DNA of 64,000 bases, taken from contig OZ024765.1 of assembly GCA_964016885.1 (NCBI GenBank), positions 20,026,001 to 20,090,000 on the forward strand. The letters run 5' to 3'. The first letter of the stretch is position 1, and every line of letters begins with the position of its first letter. A program made the position numbers and the translations under genes. This DNA is from Eledone cirrhosa. Taxonomy: Eukaryota. Under the pieces are notes generated by a model. That model was not told the origin of the DNA. It searched no databases and saw only the letters and a list, made by a program, of their open reading frames with translations. Shown one piece after another: positions 53,900 to 64,000 of the stretch.

Positions 53900-55208
53900 T
53901 GCGCCCATGCTTTGGCTGCCCCGCTGCCCAGGCAGAGAGAATAGAGAAGGCATTTCCCCAAAGGGTGGTGAGGGAGACACGTTGGAAGAACCAGTCCAGC
54001 TTGTAAGGCTCACACCTGCAGGTAGACAACTCTGTGGTAAGTTGGGAGGTGGTCCTAAGGCCAAGGACACCAGAAGTCTCCACTGCTACAGGTAGCCAAC
54101 TCTGGGGTGAATAGGGAGGTGGTCCAAGGGCCAAGGACACCAGAAGTCTCCATTGCTACAGCTAGCCAACTCTGGGGTAAGTAGGGAGGTGGTCCTAGGG
54201 CCAAGGACACCAGAAGTCTCCACTGCTACAGGTAGCCAACTCTGGGGTGAATAGGGAGGTGGTCCAAGGGCCAAGGACACCAGAAGTCTCCACTGCTACA
54301 GGTAGCCAACTCTGTGGTCAGTAGGGAGGTGGTCCTAGGGCCAAGGACACCAGAAGTCTCCACTGCTACAGGTAGCCAACTCTGTGGTGAGTAGGGAGGT
54401 GGTCCTAGGGCCAAGGACACCAGAAGTCTCCACTGCTACAGGTAGCCAACTCTGTGGTGAGTAGGGAGGTGGTCCAAGGGCCAAGGACACCAGAAGTCTC
54501 CACTGCTACAGGTAGCCAACTCTGGGGTAAGTAGGGAGGTGGTCCAAGGGCCAAGGACACCAGAAGTCTCCACTGCTACAGGTAGCCAACTCTGTGGTGA
54601 GTAGGGAGGTGGTCCAAGGGCCAAGGACACCAGAAGTCTCCACTGCTACAGGTAGCCAACTCTGTGGTGAGTAGGGAGGTGGTCCTAGGGCCAAGGACAC
54701 CAGAGGTCTCCACTGCTACAGGTAGCCAACTCTGTGGTAAGTAGGGAGGTGGTCCTAGGACCAAGGACACCAGAAGTCTCCACTGCTACAGGTAGCCAAC
54801 TCTGTGGTGAGTAGGAAGGTGGTCCAAGGGCCAAGGACACCAGAAGTCTCCACTGCTACAGGTAGCCAACTCTGTGGTGAGTAGGGAGGTGGTCCAAGGG
54901 CCAAGGACACCAGAAGTCTCCACTGCTACAGGTAGACAACTCTGTGGTAAGTAGGGAGGTGGTCCTAGGACCAAGGACACCAGAAGTCTCCACTGCTACA
55001 GGTAGACAACTCTGTGGTAAGTAGGGAGGTGGTCCTAGGACCAAGGACACAAGAAGTCTCCACTGCTACAGGTAGCCAACTCTGGGGTGAGTAGGGAGGT
55101 AGTCCTAGGGCCAAGGACACCAGAAGTCTCCACTGCTACAGGTAGCCAACTCTGTGGTGAGTAGGGAGGTGGTCCTAGGACCAAGGACACCAGAAGTCTC
55201 CACTGCTA
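53900..55208 (-). repeat. 70-bp minisatellite (~17 copies, 54015-55208) derived from the C-terminal endonuclease region of a CRE-like non-LTR element; unamplified remnant at 53900-54015
   Basis: Minus frame PVAVETSGVLGP.TTSLL..L...EP.KLDWFFQRVSLTTLWGNAFSILSA resembles the P.A.ET.G..G ... W..QR.S....RGNA motif of CRE-type RLE elements. Confidence 0.8.
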
Positions 55209-55757
55209 TGGGTTAAACCACGAACCTGTTGGAGAGAGATACTGGGATAAAAACTAGTTTTGTGGTCTAGTGGTGTGGTGTTGGTGGTGGTGGTGGTGGT
55301 ATGGTGGTCTAGTGGTGTGGTGGTGGTATTGGTGGTCTAGTGGTGTGGTGGTGGTATTGGTGGTCTAGTGGTGTAGTATGGTGTGGTGTAGTGTAGTATG
55401 GTGTGGTGTGGTGGTATTGGTGGTCTAGTGGTGTGGTGGTAGTGGTAGTGCTGGTGCTGGTAGATCATGGTGGTGGTGGTGGTGGTAGTAGTAGTGGTGG
55501 TGGTAGTGATAGTGGTCGTAGTAGTAATAGTGGTGGTATTGATGGTAGTAGTAGAAGTGGTGGTAGTAGTGGTGGTAGTAGTGATGGTGATGGTAGTAGT
55601 GATGGTGATGGTGGTAGTAGTAGTAGTGGTGGTGGTGGTAGTAGTAGTAGTGGTGGTGGTGATGACAAAGGGTGTCAACTAATGGAGGAGGAGGCCGAAA
55701 TAGACATATCTAACTTACATAAACAAGAAACAGCAGTTAGAAAATGATATATATATA

Positions 55758-57271
55758 TCATCATCATCATCATCATCATCATCATTTAACGTCCGCTCTT
55801 CCCTGCTTGCAAGGGTGGGACGGGTCTTATTCAGCACAGCATCTCTCCACTCGTCACGGTCCCTCGTCATCTCCACCGTGAGCTTCAATGATCTGAGGTC
55901 TGTTCTCACCACCTCCGCCCATGTTTTTCGTGGTCTACCTCTACCACGTCTTCCTTCAACTGGCATTTCCTGGCACTTCTTCACCCATCGGTCATCCTCC
56001 ATGCGCATCACATGTCCATACCACCTCAGTCTCCTCTCCCGTACACTACATTCTATCCCTCTCAGACACAGTTTCTCTCTCAACACATTTATGCTGGGTC
56101 GTTCACGCACATTTACACTGCACATCCAACGGAGCATGCTTGCCTCATTTCTCTCCAGCCGTCGCATATCTTCTGCGGTAGCTGCCCATGTCTCACTACC
56201 ATGCAGCATCGCGCTCCTCACACAGGCATCATACAACCGGCCTTTCGTACGCAGGGAGAAACCCTTCTTCGTCAACAGAGGAAGCAGCTCCCTAAACTTC
56301 TTCCAACCCGTCCTTATTCTAGATACTATGGCCTCGGAACACCCTCCTCCCATGCTAATCTGATCTCCTAGGTACCGGAAGCTATCCACCACTTCTATAG
56401 CGCCCTCTCGCATTTGAAAAATGTGTCTATCAGTGCGACTTCTACTGTCTAATTTCCCTGTACATCTACTGCATACATATTTCTCCCTACCTGTTAGTTT
56501 GCCTGCTATCCCGCTACATCTCTTGTGTACCCAGGACCTACATTGTGTGCATTTTATAGAATTTATGCCAGTTCCTTTTCTGCATATCGAACATGGCCAT
56601 TTCCCTGACGGAATCAGGGTTTTGTCCTCTTTTCTACTCATCAACACTTTTGTCTTAGCTCGATTTACTCTCAGTCCTCTTGCTTCCAACTGCTGTTTCC
56701 ATAGCCGGAATTTATTCTCTAGCTCCTCTACTGATTCTGCCATAAGAGCCAGATCGTCAGCATAGAGAAGTTCCCATGGACAGCCAGTCTTAAACTCCTC
56801 TGTTATGGCTTGGAGGACTATAATGAACAAGAGCGGGCTGAGGACCGAACCCTGATGTACTCCTACTTGTATCTGGAATTCCTCACTAAACTCCATTCCT
56901 ACCCTGACTTTACTGAGAGTACCTCTGTACAAAGTTTGCACTGTCCTTACAAGCCATTCCTCAACACCCAGCTTCCTTAGGGACCACCAGATGACAGATC
57001 GGGGTACCCTATCAAAGGCCTTCTCTAGGTCAACAAAGGCCAAGTATAGTGGCTTATTCTTCTCTAAGAACCTCTCTTGCATTTGTCTCACCAAGAAGAG
57101 GGCATCTGTTGTACTCTTCCCAGGCACAAAACCAAACTGCATCTCATCTAGTTTGACCCTTTCTCTAATTAGTTGTGCTAAAATCCTTTCTGCCACTTTC
57201 ATAACCTGATCTATCAGTTTTATACCCCTATAATTGCTCCTCTCCAAAGCATCCCCTTTACCTTTGTAGCA
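55758..57271 (-). mobile_element. 5'-truncated RTE-clade LINE (family B) with an uninterrupted RT frame of ~500 codons
   Basis: YKGKGD..NYRGIKL..QFGFVPGKSTTDA..FVDLEKAFDRV..GVHQGSVLSPLLF..LYADDL..FRYLG..RRLRWYGH..GRGRPRKTW. The frame reads into the (GAT)n tail; (TA)n at both ends. Confidence 0.97.
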
Positions 57272-57273
57272 AT

Positions 57274-57628
57274 ATATATATATATTGTTATACTTTGGGA
57301 GGGTCATGTTGCCAATAAGAAACACACGCACCAGTTGCTTTCACTTCAATTTAATTTATTATATATTTATAAATTTACAAATTTATAAATTTCTGGTTGG
57401 TTGGTTGGTTCCACAACCAGATAGTTGTTTATATATATATAGTCATAGTTCTTTCGTCACACACTCTGTCACCTCTTCAGTGACTGGGGATTTCTTTCTT
57501 CGTTTCTGTGCCTTTCCTTTCTTCTATCCTACGCCATTTTTCTATATATAATAAATTAAATTAAAGTGAAAGCAACTGGTGCGTGTGTTTCTTATTGGCA
57601 ACATGACCCTCCCAAAGTATAACAATAT
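57274..57628. mobile_element. ~85-bp inverted repeats (57274-57362 / 57546-57628) enclosing other TA-bounded modules
   Basis: ATTGTTATACTTTGGGAGGGTCATGTTGCCAATAAGAAACAC... and its reverse complement. Confidence 0.8.
57441..57485 (-). ncRNA. Minimal hammerhead motif with degenerate stem II
   Basis: Minus: AGTCA-CTGAAGA-G...C-GAAA-gaac-TA-TGACT. Perfect 5-bp stem I ends exactly at the (TA)n junction. Confidence 0.6.
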
Positions 57629-57704
57629 CGGTTTCAACACACGATTTCAGATAAAGAATCTTGCTAAACAAATTCAGAAACGAAATATATATATATATAT
57701 ATAT

Positions 57705-58066
57705 ATAAAGAAAAAGAGATGAAATCGAAAATGCAACTGAAGTCTTATTTTTTATTTTTTTTTTTTTAAATATATATATTTATTTGATTCCTTTACTGGT
57801 TTCACAGTTCTTCTGCTTTTCAAAAGGTGAGTTGAGAAAAACCACAGACCCTCCATCTCAACTCACCTTTTGAAAAGCAGAAGAACTGTGAAACCGGTAA
57901 AGGAATCAAATAAATATATATTTAAAAAAAAAAATTAAAAAAAAATAAAAAAAAAAAAAAATAAGACTTCAGTTGCATTTTCGATTTCATCTCTTTTTCT
58001 TTATACTTTCACTCGTGTAGGACACCTCGGTTATTTTTCATTCTGTAAAAAAACCTCACTTTCTAA
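57705..58066. mobile_element. Fold-back family F1, second copy (opposite orientation, shortened centre); U3-A8 HHR motifs at 57866-57903 (+) and 57790-57827 (-)
   Basis: Near-identical to 3688-4066; CCTT-TTGAAAA-GCAG aagaa CTGT-GAAA-ccgg-TA-AAGG. Confidence 0.9.
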
Positions 58067-58554
58067 TATATATATATATATATATGTGTGTGGACTGGGT
58101 GCATTTTGTTGTGTGACCTACATGACCACTCTACAGTGTGTACTGGATGCTTTTTCTTGTGTCACCAACACAACCATTACAAAGTGGACCTGGTGCTCTT
58201 TTGTCATGTCACCAGCATGACACCCTCACATGGCAGACATACATGTAGGATGCTCGTGCTGTATGTTCTGCATCTACCGGTAGAACGCGGTTGCCAGACG
58301 CCGACGGGTCTCAGCAAGCTCAGCAAAGGCTAAAAACATTCTTCACACAACAAACAACATTGTTTCTTGTTACTAATTAATATCTAGGTCAATTCGTTTA
58401 AAATAACAACAAACTAATTACGTACCATTAATTGATCAAATGTCTCCATGGCAACATTATCATTTAACATCCTCTTTCCTTGCTAGGGTTTATCTAATTA
58501 GTGGTGACGTCGGATGTTTTCTGGAGTTTAACTTTTTCTCTTCTTTCACATCAC

Positions 58555-58733
58555 AGAACCCTGACTCCAGCCTGACTAGGAGTAGGAAGCTGTCATTCCC
58601 TGACGTTATCTCTAGGGATACGGGAATCAGTAGACAGGACCTGGGGGCAGCGATGGGGGACAGGGAATTCTGGGGCATGAGAGTGAGATCCATCATCTCG
58701 ACAGTAGTCGACGAATGATGATGATGATGATGA
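58555..58733 (+). mobile_element. Short RTE-like 3' end with (GAT)n tail
   Basis: RKLSFPDVISRDTGISRQDLGAAMGDREFW resembles the RTE C-terminus. Confidence 0.6.
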
Positions 58734-58771
58734 GAATGGTGACATACTTTTTTAAAGGAAAACTACCCTGC

Positions 58772-59045
58772 TTCTTCTTCTTCGCCCACTTATTCCTGAG
58801 AGGGTCGTAGGAACAGAGTCCTCAAACACTCCTCCAAGCAGGTCCTGTCAGATGCAACCGTCTCCAACTGATCTGGCTGGATCGCCAAGTGTGTCCAGAC
58901 AAGCTCATGGATGTTATCCAACCATCTTGCTTGATGCCTACCACTGGGTCTCCTGCCAGTTAGTTTTGCCTGTAAAATCTGTCCAGAGATTCTTTCCTGA
59001 GACATTCTAACCACATGCCCATAGTTTCAGAACTGTGACTCCGTA
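58772..59045 (-). mobile_element. RTE-like 3' end with (GAA)n tail
   Basis: GHVVRMSQERISGQILQAKLTGRRPSGRHQARWLDNI...VASDR. Confidence 0.75.
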
Positions 59046-59050
59046 ATTAA

Positions 59051-60650
59051 GTTGTTGATTTTTACCCGTCGATCTCAGAGACCCTGTTAAACAAAGCGTT
59101 GAACTTTGCTACCACTTACACCACCGTCCATGGTTTAGACAGGGAAATCATCGCTCACTGCCGGAAAACCCTCCTCTTCAACAACAGAGTAGCCCGGGCA
59201 AAGAAGTCTACAACTTCAGAACTATTCGACATCTCCATGGGATCGTTTGACAGTGCTGACGTATGTGACTTGGTTGGCCTATTTATTTTAGACATATTAC
59301 GTGTTAGATTCCCGGACTTCCACACGGGAATATACCGCAACGATGGACTGACCTTATTGAGCCATAAAAGTGGTCACAACCTCGACCGGTTTAAAACCGA
59401 CTTAGCTTCTACCTTCAATGAGTTAAGACTTAGGATAACAGTAGCTACCAACCTCTCTAGCGTAGATTTCTTAGACATTAATTTAGACCTTCGCACACCC
59501 ACCCACAGACCCTTCCATAAGTTAAACGAAAAACTCAATTACATTCACAAGGACTCATGCCACCGTCCCACTGTTTTTAGAAACTTCGTAAATAATATCA
59601 GTACTAGAATCTCAAACCTCTCCTCTAATAAGGCTATCTTTGACAGTGCGGCACCCTACTATAACACGGCGTTAGCTAACAGCGGCTCTCGCAACCTATC
59701 ACTTACTCTCCCACTAACAACAACAGCAACAAGAAAAGAAAGCGTAACAATAGACAAACTATCTGGTTCTCTCCTCCCTTCTCACTCAACATTAAAACCA
59801 ATGTAGGCAAAAAATTACTAGCCCTCTTAGATAGACACTTCCCCATAGGTCATAAATACCGCTCCATGTTTAACCGACACAAAGTAAAACTAGGATACTC
59901 CTGCACTAAGAACATGAAGGCCCACATCACCAACAGCCCTAAGAGCAACATCACACCAGGGTGCTCTTGCCGTAAGCCCGAAGCTTGTCCCCTTCAACAG
60001 CAGTGCAATACACCCGCTGTAGTTTATGAAGCTGTGGTCACTTCCAACTGACCAAATCAACCACAGGAGGTCAAATTCTATGTGGGTGTGGCAGAGGGCT
60101 GATTTAAGGAACGCTACCTGAACCACCAGTTGACCTTTAGGTACCCGGACAGACGTTCATCCACGAAACTCGCGAGCCACGTATGGTCCCTCAAGGACTC
60201 AAATATAGACTACTCCATTCAATGGAAAGCCATCACTAAGTCCAAGCCATACGCAAGGGGCAATCTGTCATGTGGACTATGTTCTGATGAACGAATAAAT
60301 ATTCTAAAGAGATTACGCAATAGTGATTGCCTAAACTCAAGAAATGAATTCTTCACATGTTGTCCACACGTCTGGAAACACCTATCACATAACTACAAAG
60401 CTCCGGGTTGAATTATAACAACATCCTAATTTTCTTACCAACTAGAAACTTTAGGACTTTCACAGTTATCTCCCTTACACCTCTCGCACGCAATTTAGTA
60501 TTGCCTGAGGGAAGTGACCATTTCTGCACATGCGCATTCGTACGGTTGTCCTTCCTGTTCCGTATAACCATGTCCATTACGAGCTGAGGATCCACTAAGG
60601 TGAAACAATTATTCCTGGTGTGGTGAACTAACTGTTGTGTAACCACTTCT
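59051..60650 (+). mobile_element. Decayed 5'-truncated Penelope-like element (Nematis-like): RT plus C-terminal GIY-YIG endonuclease (to 60411) and 3' pseudo-LTR ending at (TA)n
   Basis: VVDFYPSI..FDISMGSFDSADVCDLVGLFIL..GIYRNDGL..VDFLDINLDL; CSCRKPEACPLQQQC..VVYEA..FYVGVAEG*FKERYLNH..LASHVW..CGLC. Frameshifts, two TGA stops and YRND in place of YRDD. Confidence 0.9.
60581..60614 (+). ncRNA. Hammerhead-like motif in the PLE 3' pseudo-LTR
   Basis: GAG-CTGAGGA-T-CC actaa GG-T-GAAA-caat-TA-TTC, sense to the PLE ORF; short, weak stems. Confidence 0.5.
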
Positions 60651-60772
60651 ATATATATATATATATATAAAAGAAGTTAATATGCCGATGGGTACTAAGT
60701 ACCCCTAGAAATATATAGGTTGTCTATCATTTAAGGTTGTTCTATGGTATTAATTTGACATACCAGAACTAT

Positions 60773-60911
60773 AATATTAAGATAAGCACAACAACCAAAA
60801 TTCAACCAATTAAAAAATATAATTTAAATATTATAAGAATAGGTAAATATTTAAATTATATTTTTTAATTTATTTTAAAAAATAGGTTGAATTTTGCTTG
60901 TTGTGCTTATC

Positions 60912-60919
<8 letters not shown>
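60773..60919. other. AT-rich fold-back in a TA-flanked module
   Basis: ATATTAAGATAAGCACAACAA.CAAAATTCAACC...GGTTGAATTTTG.TTGTTGTGCTTATCTTAATAT. Confidence 0.75.
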
Positions 60920-60975
<56 letters not shown>

Positions 60976-61040
60976 TTATGTGTAAGGTTATTCCGAAGAA
61001 AAAGAAAGGAAAAAAGAGTGCTCTATATATAGAACAGAGC

Positions 61041-61217
61041 TATTTAATTAGAAAGTGAACAACACAAAATATAGCTACTCCATTACCAAAGGTTTCTGGA
61101 TCTTAGATAACATCTGTCTGATGACCGATCAAGACGTATATTAATATAGTCTGGGATCCAGAAACCTTTGGTAATGGATTAGTTATATTTTGTGTTGTTC
61201 ACTTTTTAATTAAATAT
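61041..61217. mobile_element. TA-flanked inverted-repeat element (arms 61041-61107 / 61150-61217) containing an HHR motif at 61112-61179 (+)
   Basis: ATCTGT-CTGATGA-cc GATC a AGAC...GTCT gg GATC ca-GAAA-CC ttt GG-TA-ATGGAT. Confidence 0.75.
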
Positions 61218-61245
61218 ATATATATATAATTACAACAGTGACATA

Positions 61246-61297
61246 AACAAGTACTCAAGTTTCGTTGGGTTCTGGGCCCCAATGTCTTCAGCATGTC
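61246..61297 (-). ncRNA. Minimal hammerhead motif
   Basis: Minus: GACATG-CTGAAGA-ca TTGGG gcccagaa CCCAA c-GAAA-cttgag-TA-CTTGTT. ACTTGAGT is one CpG-type transition from the palindrome ACTCGAGT. Confidence 0.6.
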
Positions 61298-61919
61298 ATG
61301 AGAAAAATAAACAACACACAACATTTTGGGGATAAACCTTTGAAAAAATTTTACAAAAATTTTCAAGAAAAATCATCATCACCGTTTTACGTCCGTTCTT
61401 CCACGCTAGCATGGGTTAGACGGGTTGTCCTGTTGTGGGCAGTGTCTGGTCGGCTGACCATGCCTTGCTCATACAGGAACTGATCTGGCTTGATTTCTAC
61501 AGCTGGATGCCCTTCCTAACACCAACCTCATTTACAGTGAGTGCTGGGTGCTTTTTCGTGGCGCCTACACGTCCACTTTACAGTGTGGGCTGGGTGCTTT
61601 TTTGCCGTGGCACCTCCACGACCACCTTGCGGTGGGGGGGGGGGGGCATATTGTTTATATGCTTCAGCATGTACCCATGGGAGGTCGGGTACCCTGTATT
61701 ACTGCGTGACGCCAGAAGTCACGGTATTATTAATGAAAAAATTTGACGACTTTTCCAAAAATTTCGAGGAATATTTTTTAGGAAAATTTTTAAAAGAAAA
61801 TATTTGAAAAAAATGTGCTGACATTCTTCTGAAAATATTTTGAGGAAAAGAGAAAAATTCCCCCCAAAATCATTGAAAGAATATATATAATATATATCTG
61901 CATATATCTGTAAAATGGT

Positions 61920-63650
61920 TGTAATGGCAACATGACAAAAGGCGAACCAGCCCACACAGAAAGTGGTCATGATGGTGACATGGCAAAAAGCACCTAGTCC
62001 ACGCTGTAAAGTGGTAATGTAGGTGTCACAACAAAAAACACCCAGTCCACACTGTAAAGTGGACATGTAGGTCTCACAACAAAAAGCACCCAGTCCACAC
62101 TGTAAAGTGGTCATGTAGGTGTCACAACAAAAAGCACCCAGTCCACACTGTAAAGTGGTCATGTAGGTGTCACAACAGACAACAACCAGTCCACACTGTA
62201 AAGTGGTCATGTAGGTGTCACAACAAAAAGCACCCAGTCCACACTGTAAAGTGGTCATGTAGGTGTCACAACAACAACAACCAGTCCGCACTGTAAAGTG
62301 GTCATGTAGGTGTCACAACAAAAAGCACTCAGCCCACACTGTAAAGTGGTCATGTAGGTGTCACAACAAAAAGCACCCAGTCCACACTGTAAAGTGGTCA
62401 TGTAGGTGTCACAACAGACAACAACCAGTCCACACTGTAAAGTGGTCATGTAGGTGTCACAACAAAAAGCACCCAGTCCACACTGTAAAGTGGTCATGTA
62501 GGTGTCACAACAAAAAGCACCCAGTCCACACTGTAAAGTGGTCATGTAGGTGTCAGAACAAAAAGCACCCAGTCCACACTGTAAAGTGGTCATGTAGCTG
62601 TCAGAACAAAAAGCACCCAGTACACACTGTAAAGTGGTCATGTAGGTGTCAGAACAAAAAGCACCCAGTACACACTGTAAAGTGGTCATGTAGGTGTCAG
62701 AACAAAAAGCACCCAGTACACACTGTAAAGTGGTCATGTAGATGTCACAACAAAAAAGCACCCAGTCCACACTGTAAAGTGGTCATGTAGGTGTCACAAC
62801 AGACAACAACCAGTCCACACTGTAAAGTGGTCATGTAGGTGTCACAACAAAAAGCACCCAGTCCACACTGTAAAGTGGTCATGTAGGTGTCAGAACAAAA
62901 AGCACCCAGTACACACTGTAAAGTGGTCATGTAGGTGTCAGAACAAAAAGCACCCAGTACACACTGTAAAGTGGTCATGTAGGTGTCAGAACAAAAAGCA
63001 CCCAGTCCACACTGTAAAGTGGTCATGTAGGTGTCACAACAAAAAAGCACCCAGCCCACATTGTAAAGTGGTCATGTAGGTGTCAGAACAAAAAGCACCC
63101 AGTACACACTGTAAAGTGGTCATGTAGATGTCACAACAAAAAAGCACCCAGTCCACACTGTAAAGTGGTCATGTAAGTGTCACAACAGACAACAACCAGT
63201 CCACACTGTAAAGTGGTCATGTAGGTGTCAGAACAAAAAGCACCCAGTACACACTGTAAAGTGGTCATGTAGATGTTACAACAAAAAAGCACCCAGTCCA
63301 CACTGTAAAGTGGTCATGTAGGTGTCAGAACAAAAAGCACCCAGTCCACACTGTAAAGTGGTCATGTAGGTGTCAGAACAAAAAGCACCCAGTACACACT
63401 GTAAAGAGGTCATGTAGGTGTCAGAACAAAAAGCACCCAGTACACACTGTAAAGTGGTCATGTAGGTGTCAGAACAAAAAGCACCCAGTCCACACTGTAA
63501 AGTGGTCATGTAGGTGTCACAACAAAAAAGCACCCAGCCCACATTGTAAAGTGGTCATGTAGGTGTCACAACAGACAACAACCAGTCCACACTGTAAAGT
63601 GGTCATGTAGGTGTCACAACAAAAAAGCACCCAGTACACACTGTAAATGA
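61920..63650 (+). repeat. 48-bp minisatellite (~36 copies), same family as 11875 and 39170, followed by SINE tail 63650-63810
   Basis: Unit GTAGGTGTCACAACAAAAAGCACCCAGTCCACACTGTAAAGTGGTCAT. Confidence 0.96.
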
Positions 63651-63859
63651 GGTTGGCATTAGGAAGAACATCCGGCTGTTGAAACCAAGCCCAAATCAGT
63701 TCTGCATGAGTAAGACATGGTCACCTGACCTGGCACTGCCCACAATAGAACAACTCGTCTAACCCATGCTAGCATGAAAAAATGGACGTAAAACGGTGAT
63801 GAAGATGATGTGTGTATTGAACAATTAAAAAAAAAAGACCTTTACCTGGCCAAATTTAA

Positions 63860-64000
63860 CCCTTTAGTGTTCAAACCGGCCAGAATTCTCTACCTCCTCC
63901 TGTTGAAACTGGCTGTAACTGGTCGCTCAAACTGATGTTAAGGTATTGTTTTCGAAATAAATACTTTCAAAATCTCATAGATTCGATATTATGTGAGATA
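63860..64000 (-). mobile_element. piggyBac-type MITE end (runs off window)
   Basis: TTAA|CCCTTTAG... is the reverse complement of the 44460-44599 region. Confidence 0.75.

Noticed and set aside
55403-55747. Gly/Ser-rich ORF with unique C-terminus
   Set aside because: Mostly (TGG/TAG) microsatellite; no recognisable domain or splice support.
58230-58335. GC-rich segment as HDV-like ribozyme of an RTE 5' end
   Set aside because: Could not identify the P1/P2 nested pseudoknot pairings by eye.
60049-60102. Two in-frame TGA codons in the PLE endonuclease as selenocysteine (as in some Naiad PLEs)
   Set aside because: Not at Cys-type positions; the element also has frameshifts and a mutated YRDD. 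CGA>TGA decay is simpler.

Overview
Repeat-saturated, AT-rich animal DNA. The SINE/LINE repertoire suggests an octopod cephalopod (inference). No host gene can be called with confidence, and most long ORFs in the track are translation artefacts of tandem repeats. The window contains 5'-truncated non-LTR retrotransposons (several RTE families, CR1, R4/Dong-like, Tx1-like, CRE-like) and a decayed Penelope-like element (PLE; RT plus C-terminal GIY-YIG). It also holds two tRNA-derived SINE families, TTAA-flanked piggyBac-type MITEs and about a dozen minisatellite arrays. Two patterns stand out. (1) More than 10 short modules sit inside (TA)n tracts, many of them near-perfect fold-back palindromes. 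They carry minimal type I hammerhead-ribozyme (HHR) motifs from several unrelated sequence families, including a compensatory U3-A8 core variant, and look like non-autonomous PLE pseudo-LTR derivatives. (2) Most minisatellite arrays can be traced to a specific parent transposon segment whose flanks are still present. All motif calls and folds were made by eye; copy numbers and many boundaries are approximate.
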